A stretch of 63,425 nucleotides of DNA, the filler included, from Octopus bimaculoides (lineage: Eukaryota): assembly GCF_001194135.2 (NCBI RefSeq). It is 5 parts of 4 records of this genome, joined end to end, with 100 filler letters (N's around TTAATTAATTAA, not from the genome) between each part and the next. Parts side by side here need not be neighbours in the genome. Positions count along the whole stretch, not along the records: positions 19,553 to 51,165 come from NC_068996.1; 4 more parts are not named here. One strand, given 5' to 3'. Below are positions 24,214 through 36,250 of the stretch, piece by piece. Below the pieces are notes generated by a model. It was not told the DNA's origin and ran no database searches. It worked only from the letters and a program-made list of their open reading frames with translations. How positions within the stretch are numbered: position 1 is the first letter of the stretch; each line of letters opens with the position of its first letter. Position numbers and translations under genes: made by a program.

Positions 24214-25579
24214 CACATACTTAAACACACACTCACACACATAAAACACACAAACGCACGCACACACATATATATATATATATTAGCATGCGTGTGTGCG
24301 AATGTAATGTACTATTCATACTTAGATGCATACCAATACGTCACTGTAGAAATTGGTAATGTCATAGAGCGTGGAGAAAACCGCGAATAGAATGTAGCCA
24401 CACTAAGCAAAATCGAAACAAGACTCAGCATCAAGCAACTCAAAAAAATTCGTCTCAGTTCGAAGATGAGCGTGCAGTCTTGTAAGAGCCATTATCTAAA
24501 TAGACACATAGAAATAAAGAAACGTATTTTGTATAATGGGTCTACGGATTAAACTAACTTTAACATAACACTTGCAAGTGTTTTCTGGTATTTTTAAAAC
24601 TCCTGTAGAAGGGAGTGTAGTCGAGACTTGAACCCAGATGGTAAGAATGTAACCAAATATAGCAAGGTATCTTAACCAGCGCCCTGCGATTTTGATATCC
24701 ACATAATGTCGATGATAAGAGTATGAATTTTCAATCGCAACTATTGGTAAACGAGTAGAATTTTTTTATTTGTATTTAATTAATTATTTTTATATATTCT
24801 GTAATATAAAGGCATTTGACGGAAACTAGATAAATCACCAAATGTTTTCACCGTAGAAAGCATTAATTCTTTAGAAAATTATTTCATTCTGTCATATCCT
24901 ATTTATCCGTAATGGAACGCATTTTATATTTACTAGGTAAAAAGTAAATAGAGAAATAATATTTAAAAAAATGAAATTTTACTTGTGTTATCAGAAAAGA
25001 AATATCCTATTACAGTCCTTCAAAACTGAAATCTTAGATATATAAGAAATAGAAAATTAAGAAAATGTTTAAAAATAACAAAAAATTGATACATTTATTT
25101 CTTCCAGCAATAAAGATAAGGTTGAAAATATAAAGTAGATTGGATCCGATTGGGATCTAACTTGGTTTAGAAAGAAGAAAATACATACAAATTCTTACAT
25201 GTCTGTGGAGACAAAATCTTTATTAAAGAACGGTGTGAATTCAAAATTTCTATATCGTTAATATATATTCAAATATTTAAGCAAAAAATATGTAGAAAAT
25301 TGACTTTACAAATAGACAGAAATCGAATAGATACATGTTAGTTATTCTGGTGTCTGAAGGAAAGCTATTCAAGACGTCAACTATCAGCATAGATATCAGC
25401 TGGTCTCTTAAGAATTTCTTTCACTGGAACAAATGGTCGTTTGATATGAATCATTTAGTATTGTAAAATACAGAAATGAGCAAATGGCTAAGCTGTACTT
25501 CCTATTTTCAACAGGTCCAGTAAACAAATATAAGAAGGCATATATATATATGTATACAAATGTGTGTGCCCTGTATATG

Positions 25580-25730
25580 AGTGTGTGGTAAGAAGCTTGT
25601 TTTCAACAATGTGGTCTTGCGCTCAGTCCCGCGGAATGGTACCTTGAGCAAGTGACTTCCACTTTGGTCCGGGTGAACCAGATCCTTGTGAATTGACTTA
25701 GTTGACGATAACCGAAAGAGACACGTTGTA
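25580..25730 (+). mobile_element. SINE family A head/core fragment
   Basis: gtgtggtaagaagcttg...tggtaccttgagcaagtgacttc. Confidence 0.65.
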
Positions 25731-25750
25731 TACATTCCTTGTCTCCGTAT

Positions 25751-25787
25751 TCTTTCTGTTGAAGAGCGTAGCTCGAAACGTCAAAGA
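25751..25787 (+). ncRNA. Minimal hammerhead-like motif with CUGUUGAA core variant
   Basis: UCUUU-CUGUUGA-A-GAGC(GUA)GCUC-GAAA-CG-UC^-AAAGA: perfect helix I and II, GUC triplet, ACGU palindromic helix III. Confidence 0.55.
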
Positions 25788-25882
25788 CTTTCCGTATTCC
25801 CGAGCGTCATACTAATATATACTTTTGTTATTTACACCACCTGTCCTCGTCTGTTGTTATTATTTGTATATTCTCCCATATA

Positions 25883-25985
<103 letters not shown>

Positions 25986-26310
25986 ACGGCGTGTTTCGTT
26001 AGGTTATATATATTACGGAGATGTATTTGCATAGCAAGTGACCTGATCTGAGTTCATGTACTGAAACAAAAACAATTGCAGCGTGGAAGGTGTTTAAAAG
26101 CCATTTATACACCGCATCAAATTGTACTGGGAGTTAAATAATATGATAGACAATAACGCTAGTGGAAGCGTTTTCTCAGCAATTACCATGGCTTTCAAAT
26201 GAAGGAAGTATAAAGAAAAGTATACATAAGCACAAAAATGCACACACGCACATGCGCACAATCGCACATACACAAAGTGTGTGGGAGGGAGGGGGTTGTA
26301 TGCACATATA

Positions 26311-27800
26311 CAGACTCGTCCAAAATTATTAGGCCACCCCAATGTTTTGGGCTTCTGCTATCACAATGTATATCTTTTTAGTATTCATATGCATTAGTTT
26401 TAATATCTGGTTTACCCTCCTTTAACATCAATTACCAGTTTCATACTATACATATGCAACCAATCACAAGTAAGACAAACATTCAAAATTAACTTATGTT
26501 TCCTTGATTATTTCAGAGTTTTATGCTAAAATACATTGTAGATACAATTAGCAATCAGTAAAATGCCTACAACAAGGGAGTTGAGTGAGTGTGAGCGAGG
26601 TCATATCGTAGCTCATCATGAAGCTGAAATGTTCTCAATGTGAGGTGCAAAAGACTCTCAAGCACTTCAGAGAGACAAAAGATGTCAATACAATACAAAG
26701 AACTGGCAGAACAAAAGTTACATCACCTCGTGGTGATAGATCCATCACCTCGTGGTGATAGATCCATCATCCGTCAGTCGCTCAGAAACAGAAGAAAAAC
26801 ATCGTCGGAGCTCTTTGCAGACTTCAATAAGGCAAGTACTTCACAAATATCAACCAGAACTGTTAGAAGAAGATTTGTAGAGTACGGTCTGAAAGGCTGT
26901 AAAGCCAGGAGGAAGCCATGGGTTTCTGAAGCGAATATGGAAAAAACGTCTTCAGTGGGACAAAAACCACTCAAATTGGACCAGTGAGCAATGGTCAAAA
27001 GTCACATGGTGTGATGAAAGTAACAATGATGTAAGATAGTACATGTATTTAATCAACATATAAACTGGTTTGTTGCCCAAAATATAAAAAAAAAAGTATC
27101 CAACATAAAGCTAATATTATTTTTATGTTTTTCCGCAGGTTTTCGGTACATCTAGTGCAAATTTCGTGCGTCGCAGAGTTGGGGAAGCATTTAAGGCTGA
27201 ATGTCTGGTACCAACCGTGAAACATCGGAGTGGTTGTATCAGGGTATTGACCTGCATGTTTTGCCACATGACCCGGAGAAATGTTTTTATGTCAGGGAAG
27301 GATAAATTCAGCTACCTATGTTTCTTTGTTATCAGATGTTTTAGAGCCATTAATTGCTAAATTGCATCCAAGAGTGTCGAAAAATAGTGTTGTATACAAT
27401 TTAGATCATACAGCAAAGAATACTCATCAATGGTTTGAGACACAGAGTATTTATCCCATGGACTGTCCAGCTCAAAGGTCCGATCTAAATCCAATCGAAC
27501 ACCTATGGGGGAACTCTTGGTCAAGCTATCAGAAACATAACAGTTAAAAGTAAAGAGCATTTGTAACAAAAGTTGAGAGAAGAATGGAGTAAAATTGCAC
27601 CTAGAGCCTGCAAGGAATTAGTTGATTCAGTGCCTAACCGTATTAAAGCGGTAACTGATGCTAAAGGAGGGTCAGCTAGATATCAAAACTAATGTATATT
27701 GTGAAATATACCATAATCTACCATGTCCACGAATTTCATTAACATTGAGATAGCAGAACCCCAAAACATTGGGGTGGCCTAATACTTTTGGCCAAAGCTT
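26311..27800 (+). mobile_element. Tc1-family DNA transposon, near full length, defective transposase with apparent intron
   Basis: TA-flanked TIRs (ccaaaa[t/g]tattaggccaccccaatgttttggg at about 26320-26368 and 27743-27792). ORF from MPTTRELSECERG via RTVRRR, ARRKPW, WCDES, PTVKH, DLNPIEHLW to KAVTDAKGGSARY; frameshifts include a 22-bp duplication at 26721-26764. Confidence 0.9.
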
Positions 27801-27914
27801 TATGTATGTATGTACATATTGACAAATATTTTTCTCTATTGCAATATATTTATATACTTACCTCACCGTATTAGCAATTGAATATTCTTTTATGGTAATA
27901 TTCTTTCATTACAG

Positions 27915-28060
27915 GCGTGACTGTGTTGTAAGAAGCTTGCTACCCAACCACACCATTCAACTCTGTGGCACCTTGGGCAAGTGACTTCTACCATAGCCTC
28001 AAGCTGACCAACGACTTGTGAGTGGCTATGATTGACGGATACAGAAAAACGCCCATCATA
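27915..28060 (+). mobile_element. SINE family A head/core
   Basis: ggcgtgactgtgttgtaagaagcttgctacccaaccac...gtggcaccttgggcaagtgacttc. Confidence 0.7.
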
Positions 28061-28070
28061 TATAATATGT

Positions 28071-28140
<70 letters not shown>

Positions 28141-28168
28141 CTGTATAATAATATATCAATAATAACGA

Positions 28169-28900
28169 CTAGCTGGAACCGTGAAAAATTCACGGAGAAC
28201 ATAAACAATGTGAGCATCTATAAACAGTGTACTGGTGCCATGAGAATTGTCTGCATATTATGACCCTCTGTCTTTACGTTCTGAGTTCAAATTCTGCCGA
28301 GGTCGACTTTACCTTTCGGGGTTGTTAAATTAAGTACCAGTTGTATACTGGCTCCATTTAATCAATTGGCCCCTCCCCACAAACATTCCAGGCTTAGAAA
28401 TGTATATTGTGACAGTTACAGAATATAGAAAGCAATGTAGCACCAATGAGTATATAATCCAGCCAAAATATCTCAGTTGCACTAAGTTTAATTCTGGGAA
28501 TTAGAACTGTATGACCTCTGTTGGAGCCTAATGCCAATGATGCTTCAACACATGTTCATGAAGTGTTTGCACTTTCTTGTGAATTCCATTACATAATCCT
28601 TAGCTGATCGAAAGATTTCTTAGCAGCATTACAATTGCTCCTACTTTTAAGTTGAGGCGATGAGGAGGCAAACCGGATGGAGTGAGTGAGTTTATGAATT
28701 CAAATAGATAGTTCTGAACCTCCTCTTCATTATTGCAGGACACTGTGTCTGTGCTTAAGTTTGCTTTAGGTGCCTCTGATATAATATTAAGAACTTTTTC
28801 ATTCATTGCAAGACAGAATTTTTAGGAGACAAAATTACTCGTTTTTCCATTTCTTCTGGCGTGCAGTTGTTGAAAATTTCTAGGTAGAAATGTACAAATT
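28169..28900 (-). mobile_element. Helitron 3' portion: PIF1-like helicase fragment and canonical 3' end
   Basis: Minus ORF FINSLTPSGLPPHRLNLKVGAIVMLLRNL..GLCNG. 3' hairpin ccgtgaa/ttcacgg at 28179-28195 followed by CTAG|T at 28169. SINE D is nested at about 28250-28400. Confidence 0.85.
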
Positions 28901-29059
28901 GAAATGCAAAAGAACGAAATAATAAACGGATTTATGAATGAAAGTTTGGTAATTGCGTTTATTTCCACCATATGACACTTATTATTGCAAACATGTTTTA
29001 ACTAACCTATACTATACACACACACAAATGCATGCATATATATATATGTCTCGAGTTGT

Positions 29060-29380
29060 AGCTGTAATTCAAAGGGGACAGCCTTGTCATATTCTGTGTA
29101 GTGTTGAATCTTCCTGAGAACTACGTTAATGCTATGCACGTCTGTGGAGTACTCAGCGATTTTTGAGTTAATTTCATCATAGTGCAGTAATGAAAAGTGA
29201 AACTGACAGCCAATATTCGGTGTGTATATATCTATATGAACTTTTTACGTTCTGAGTTCAAATTCCGTCGAGGTCGACTTTGCCTTTCATCCTTTCGGGG
29301 TCGAAAAATTAAGTACCAGTTGCGTACTGGAGACGATCTAATCAACTGGCCCCCTCCCCAAAAATTTCCTCTGGATATCC
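29060..29380 (+). mobile_element. SINE family B fragment followed by SINE family D copy
   Basis: 29060-29170 matches 52355-52450; 29230-29380 matches 19190-19300. Confidence 0.7.
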
Positions 29381-29629
29381 TTGTTGCTTATTTTGATTTT
29401 AATCACCTTATTTTAAGCACTTTCAACGTAAAAAAATGTAAACTCTTAATCACTGATATGCAATAAAACAAATCTATGCACGAACTTGAAACGAAATACA
29501 TGAACAGTGAACACCATAAAATAAACCTTAATAGTAATTACTATTTAATTAAACGAACATTGTCTTTTCCAGTGAAGTGAGGTAAACTTTGTCTTGATTT
29601 CTGTATATTTAATATGAATTTGTGCCTAT

Positions 29630-29960
29630 TTTTGTAGCCTATTCTGAAGCTTCTTTTTTTTCACAGAATCGATAGCATGCTCAACTCCTTGGCTATGACA
29701 GTCAAATCTTTTTTATTTTTGTCATAACACGTGCAGGTGCATATATCAAACATTTCATTGAACTCCTCTAATTTCTTATCAACACTATCTCCTCTTTGCT
29801 TGATAGGTATTTTGTTTAATTTATGAGCAGATTCCATCAATCTCTCAAATTTTAGAGATATTCCTGAAACTCAATATAAGGAAAGAAAAATTTGTCCCAT
29901 ATTGTTTGAACATCTGCAGCAACAATCCGGTAGCATTGTTTCACTGTGGGTGAAGTTTGT
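29630..29960 (-). mobile_element. Possible hAT (hATm-like) transposase remnant, internally deleted
   Basis: Minus-strand peptides VQTIWDK, NEMFDICTCTC and, in another frame, FDCHSQGVEHA. These resemble recalled N- and C-terminal hATm motifs; no TIRs found. Confidence 0.4.
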
Positions 29961-30699
29961 GATATCTGTTCTTCTCGTTTTCTTATGTATAAATTATGTC
30001 GGAATGCATCAGCCTTTGATAGAGGTCACTGCTGTAAGAAATTCTGCAGGAAATCCAAATGCTGAATTACGACCTTTACTTGTAGTTGCCACTATATCAT
30101 TTTATTTACTTCAATTGTTAGAGTTTAAAGTTATGTAGATATTTTTGTAAAACTATAATACAATTTAACTCTGAAATAATCTGAAAAACAAAAGAAAATC
30201 ATTTAAAAAATGTATACATTTTCAAAAAGGAAATTTATTTGACACGTACTGAGAAGTTGTAATTTTACCGTGTTTGAGCGGTACTTACCTACCTACCAAT
30301 TGTCTTATACTTCAATGTTTTTGCTAGGTTTACGCATCAGATGTTTTAAACAAAGTTTCTACAGTGAATTCTGATCAAATGTTTCATATCCACAAGCAAT
30401 TTTGAGATTATGTGATTCATATGGAAAATGAAGGTATTTAATTGTGGTGGTGGAGTGTATGCGTGAGGTACGGGGTGGTCACATAACTCTAATCTTCATA
30501 TATTTTATTTAAAAATACTATTTTTAACTGTACTTACCGTAGAATTATGGTTCCTTTANNNNNNNNNNNNNNNNNNNNNNNNNNNNNNNNNNNNNNNNNN
30601 NNNNNNNNNNNNNNNNNNNTATATATATATATATATATATATGTCTGTGTTGTGTGTGTGTGCGCGCGCGTCTGTGTGTGTTTGTATCTGTGTGCGTGC

Positions 30700-30922
30700 G
30701 TGTGTATCTATGTGTGTGGCTTTGTGTCTGTGTTTGCCCTCCCACCACCGCTTCACAACCGGTGTTGGTGTGTTTACGTCCATGTTACTTAGTAGTTCAA
30801 AAGAGACTGATAGAATGAGTACTAGCCTTTAAAAAATAAGTCCTAGCGTTGATTTATTCAACTCTGCAACGTTTCAAGGTATGGCCGCAGTCAAATGACT
30901 GAAACAAGTGAATGAATAAAGG

Positions 30923-31020
<98 letters not shown>

Positions 31021-31075
31021 TGTGTGTGTGCGTGTGTGTGCGTGTGTGTGCGTGTGTGTGCTTGTGTGTGTGTTT
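30700..31075 (+). mobile_element. SINE family A tail followed by long (GT)n
   Basis: ttcacaaccggtgttggtgtgtttacgtcc...gcagtcaaatgactgaaacaagt. Confidence 0.7.
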
Positions 31076-31739
31076 ATAAATATATATGTACGTATGTATT
31101 TGTTGCTTTATATTTCTACATTTGAAGTTATGCAACGGCATTGAAAAATTTGTATAGCAGTCAAGTATTCGTAAACATAAATTCGCTAGAATACGCACAC
31201 GCGCGCGCACGCACGCACACACGCACACACACACACATACACTTACACACACACACACACTGAAGAATAAAGAACCTCAGCTAATGAATTCTGTTCCATG
31301 TTGTTGACTACAATTTTGCAAACTGTGCTAAAGTGAAGAAAGTATTAGCAACTGGAAATGCTAGTCTGCTACGTATACACGTACATAGATGATGACTGCA
31401 AACTCGTGTTCAAGTATTGCGATCGCCTGATCTAAAGTTCCGCACATGTGAAAGCTGCGACCAGCGAGCCTGGACACCAAGGCCGAGCATCAATACATGC
31501 ATACATACACTCGTACACATATTGTTGTATGGCCGTTGGCTACTCATGAGCCCTTCCGCTTTTGGCAGGTCTTATTTGTTATCCTGTAGGATATCCAACA
31601 ATCAGCCTCCTCACCAAACAAGCTTGATGCGGTTGCCGGTTTAGTCGTCGACAAACCGACCATGCAACAGTTGGTACTGATTTACACACATACAAGCATG
31701 CATGCATGCATGCATGCATGCACGTGTGTAGTTGCAAAG

Positions 31740-32095
31740 AATATTCCCAATAATATTTGTGGGAAGGACTGCTCGAACATATACATCAAAGGTATGCCAG
31801 GAGCAGCAGGTATTCACACCTCTAAAAACAAGAAGTACTGGTGGAACAACCAAAATAAAAATAACAATTCGATTCAAAGATAACAGACCTGATATTGTTC
31901 TGTGGAACACGGAACAAAAGTCATGCACTGTTGAAGAGGTCAGCCGTGAATGCACAGTCAGATGTCCGGGAGAAAGAGAACATTTATGGTGAATTAATGC
32001 GGAACTTACAACTCTTGTACCTACACTGTATATTCTCGTTTGTACCCAACATCATAGATGTATTCATTTATGTACCAACAAATTTGCTCAAAAAC
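31740..32095 (+). mobile_element. R4/Dong-type restriction-like endonuclease (RLE) fragment
   Basis: KDNRPDIVLWNTEQKSCTVEEVS...EKENIYGELMRNLQLLY matches the PD-(D/E)xK RLE pattern of RLE-encoding non-LTR elements. Confidence 0.7.
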
Positions 32096-32099
32096 CAAC

Positions 32100-32142
<43 letters not shown>

Positions 32143-32284
32143 GATAGATAGACAGATAGACAGATAGGCAAATAGACAACTAGAGAGAGAGGAAGAGAGG
32201 AAGAGAGAGGTTGATGCTCATGTTTATATTATAATATATACTTCCATTTTAACTTCAAGGATTACACTTAGTCGGTATCTTACT

Positions 32285-32650
32285 AAAAACATCGTTTATA
32301 AATGCACATTATCAGCTGTCAGATCTAACTATATGTATATCAGCTCATGTAGCACCACCTTCAAAGCCAGATTGCGTAACCACCACTCCAGCTTCAAGTC
32401 CCAAACAATCCAGCTGAAAGTCTTTATCTCACCTTATCTATAAACCCAAGAACGAATCTATTTTTTACACTTTGAAGTGGTCCATAGTCATCTATGCTAA
32501 ATAATATACTGGCTATAATAGCAAATGCGATTGTTGCATAGCTGAAGTCTTATCTATTATGCGCAGTCCACTGATTGTCTGAGTGAACGTAGTAACGTAA
32601 TTTTTACATCCAGAGATAGATTACGTCACCTATTCTCAAAATACAAATAA
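32285..32650 (+). mobile_element. Penelope-like element GIY-YIG endonuclease fragment
   Basis: IVYKC...YISSCSTTFKARLRNHHSSF...LKWSI...CDCCIAE...LSERS; the order of motifs fits PLE endonucleases; frameshifted. Confidence 0.7.
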
Positions 32651-33669
32651 CAAAACCACCACAACCCAACGTCATTCCCTAACCCTAACCCTGCCCTCAT
32701 AAACATTTACCCTTACAACCACCAAATCTTTAACCACCTATATATTCCCTATGGCTCCTTATTTCTTATTTTATATTGTATCTATTTTTATTTTTCCTTA
32801 CCCTTTATACCCTAAAAATTCTCTTAATTCGCCTTGTTTTGCATATATATCCACCTCCTCTGTGAACTTACGAGTACATATGCCTACATATAGCTCTACT
32901 TTTCATACAGTTCGCGCGCACTCAACAATATACATTCCTTAATTCTTAGATTTTAATCATTACTATCATTCTTCTTCCTCTCCTCTATACTTTTAATTTT
33001 ACTACTATACTATCTCTTTAAGCTTTCATTTTCTTCCTGTTGGCCAGAAATATTTCATCTCCTTCCTATTCAAATCCTATTCAAATATCACTCCCTATTC
33101 GCCCCTCTTTGACTCGGCCATAATGGTGCTGTTAAAAACAATCTGTGGAATGACCCTGCTTAAATTCTTTAATTGGAACTTTCCTACTACCTTGTATATA
33201 TTTTTTTTACCATTTTATATTTTTGTTTTCTTATATTCCTAATTCATCTTCTCAATTATATTCTCCACTCAAACTGTGCTCTCTAAGCACTCTGATCAAA
33301 TCCTCTGTGTTAACATGGGCCTCTTAACAATATAAACTTCATTTAATCAAGACAGCTTTAGCCTGAAGAGTAATCTGCGGTAGATACCTTGTATTTACCA
33401 CTTCCGAGGTTCCGTTCGCTATGTCACATATGTATCACGGATTTTATTTGCTCCATTCCTTAACTCTTGGATTTTTATTCGCATACCTGGAAACTTGGCT
33501 GCCTACCGTGAAATATAAAATAATTTGATTTAGCTTATCGTACTTTGATATGGAAAACGCCAAACCTTCCTGAAAGTTGTTTTTATATATTTTCTACGGA
33601 TGGCTTGAAGCTCACATCCTTCCTGCACCTCGATCCGCGGGCATAGAGAGAGAGAGAAAGGGAGGAGAA

Positions 33670-33757
33670 TGGAGAAAATCTGGAGAAAATCTGGAGAAAA
33701 TCTGGAGAAAATCTGGAGAAAATCTGGAGAAAATCTGGAGAAAATCTGGAGAAAATC
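33670..33757. repeat. 11-bp minisatellite (TGGAGAAAATC)x8, perfect
   Basis: Eight identical units counted directly. Confidence 0.95.
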
Positions 33758-34679
33758 ACATCTTTAATTGGTGATCCCACCATACTTTACCGACCATTGT
33801 TTCTACTATATCAACATTTTTAGATACAGAAAATATCATTCACATTAATATATAAAAAATATGTGTTAACACAACGTTATCAAGGTAATCCAGAATTTGA
33901 TTACCTTGAGAGAACAAAGAAAATATCTCAGTAGACGAACACATACAAAATGAAAGTTAAGAAATATAATACATCAAGAAGAGTAAATTAATATTTAACT
34001 TTTGATTACGTCAGTAGGTAACAAAAGAATAGAATGTAAACATAAAAATTCTACGTTATGACAATTATAACCATAGAAATTCTACGTCAGAACAATTAAT
34101 TATCTAACTATTAAATATGTTAAACATTTTTAGAGAAATTATACACATTTTGTTATATGAAAGGCAATTGGAATTGATGGTTTTTTTGGATTGAAATATT
34201 CAAATGCTTTTCTAAATTTGTGAGAACATTTCAATGTACAATTACAATTCAATGATATTAATTTAGAATTAAGTATATCATACATTTCCTCAAAGCAATG
34301 ATCACATTGAAAATTACTAGTAATATACGAAGATGCGTAACTAATAATAGACCAGTTTAAACCCTAATTAATGTTCCTATCTTTTAAATCTGAGATACAT
34401 TTACTAAGATTCGTAAAATTACATTTTCTCTATACTGAAATGAATAAGAATGATTATGTAATCTATATTTCCAAATTGTAGAACACGAATCTGTGTAATA
34501 ATACGTACGATCCCTGGTTATTACCTTACACTAATACACTATACTCTTCCTTAAGCAATGATTTTCTAAAGGACAGATAATTTTGTTTCTGAAATTACAA
34601 AGGCATTTATTCATTTGAATGTGTATGTATATATGTATGTATATATGTATATATGTATGTATGTAGGTATGTATGTATG

Positions 34680-35097
34680 TACATGGACTTATTTAAACAT
34701 GTTGAGAGACAAATTAATACCTCAAATTGAGCGCCTAAGCGAGGGACTTCCGAATTTGTTTCAGCAGGATGGAACCCCTGCCCATGTTGCCACAACTGTT
34801 AGAGATTGGCTTAATGACACTTTTCTTCACTGGATTGGACGAAGGGGTCATGTGGAATGGTCCCCTCGTTCACCAGACCTTTCTCCCCTTGGCTTCTTTT
34901 TTTGGGGTATGTTGAAAGAGAAAGTTTACTCAATAAAGATTACAGATTTAAACCAGATGAGAGAACGCATTAGCAGTCAATGTGCTGAAATTGATGGCAA
35001 TGTAGACTTATTTAATCAAGTTCACCTGAATTTTGCAAGGCGCATCAAGTTATGCATTGAAAATGATGGAAATCATTTTGAAAATATTATTTATTAA
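34680..35097 (+). mobile_element. Tc1/mariner DD40/41D (rosa-like) transposase C-terminal fragment
   Basis: FQQDGTPAH...WIGRRG..W.PRSPDLSPL[G]FFFWGMLKEKVY...CIENDGNHFE. There are 40 residues between the second D and the third catalytic position, which here is G. Confidence 0.85.
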
Positions 35098-35306
35098 CAT
35101 TATATATATATATATNNNNNNNNNNNNNNNNNNNNNNNNNNNNNNNNNNNNNNNNNNNNNNNNNNNNNNNNNNNNNNNNNNNNNNNNNNNNNNNNNNNNN
35201 NNNNNNNNNNNNNNNNNNNNNNNNNNNNNNNNNNNNNNNNNNNNNNNNNNNNNNNNNNNNNNNNNNNNNNNNNNNNNNNNNNNNNNNNNNNNNNNNNNNN
35301 NNNNAC

Positions 35307-35344
<38 letters not shown>

Positions 35345-35347
<3 letters not shown>

Positions 35348-35880
35348 CAAGGTTTAGTCAAAAAGTATCCGACCAAATGACAAGTAATATTTAAAAAGCT
35401 GATCATTTTTATTTAGTTTCCTTTAAAGTAATCACCTTGGTAGTCTACACACTTCTGCTAGCGTTCCCGGCACTGCTGGAAGCATTTCTGGAAATCACTT
35501 TTGGGGTAAAGTCAAGCTATGCCATTGAACTTTGATTAATGTCCTCTGCTAACTCAAATCTTATCCCGATGAGTGTTCTTTATTTTCGTTTTGTTTTTTT
35601 TTAAGTTTACGAATAGCTAAAAGTTACATAGAGTCAAGCCTGGAGAGTAAGAAGCCTGATGAACAAGTGTTGAGTTTTGCTTGACGAGAAACGCTTAGAC
35701 GACGTGGGTGAATGAGCGAGTGCGTAGTCATGGTGGAGTGCTCACAAATCGGATCATTTCCACCGTACTGAAGAACTTTTGCAATCATTTCGTCCTTTCT
35801 GCTAGTTGATATTCTGCCACAACGCAGCTTACTGTCCACTGAGGTGCGGCCATTTTTGAAACAGTTGTAGGTATTGTTTA
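35345..35880 (-). mobile_element. Mariner (DD34D) remnant, internally deleted
   Basis: Minus: FKNGRTSVDS..GR.STSR, then HHDYALAH...SYSPGLTLC, then DFQKCFQQ..QKCVDYQGDYF; TIR-like end near 35345-35370. Confidence 0.75.
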
Positions 35881-36250
35881 TAGAGCGAAAGTGCAAGTAG
35901 ATGGCTGGCAAAAATATAAAACATATACAGAGGCTTCTGAGAATTCATTCGAGATTCGTATCTTTTCCCACGGAAATTCTTTCCGATACCCCGAAAACAG
36001 GACAGCGACTGGTCTTGCAAAACACGTCTGGGAATTGAAAGAGAATGCCACCCTTCCTTTCAATTTAACCTGGAAAACTCTAGGAAAAAGCATCAGCATA
36101 CAAACAGGGAGCTTTATAAAACACCTATGAAATGTAATCTTTGCCTCTCAGAAAAATTCTTCATCCTGTTCCAGGATAAAAACGCTTTGAACCAGAGACG
36201 CGAGCTCTTAAATTCCTGCAGGCACACCACAAAATTTTAAATGTCAACCG
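35872..36250 (+). mobile_element. Penelope-like element GIY-YIG endonuclease C-terminus
   Basis: IVYRA...TY..ASENSFEIR..SHGNSF...LAKHVWELK...W..L...CNLCLSEK..LNQRRELLNSCRH. Confidence 0.85.

Noticed and set aside
33350-33510. CTGAAGA and a distant GAAAC after the PLE fragment
   Set aside because: Helices I and III could not be formed, so no hammerhead is called.
33670-33757. CRISPR-like regular repeat
   Set aside because: No spacers, an 11-bp unit and eukaryotic context.
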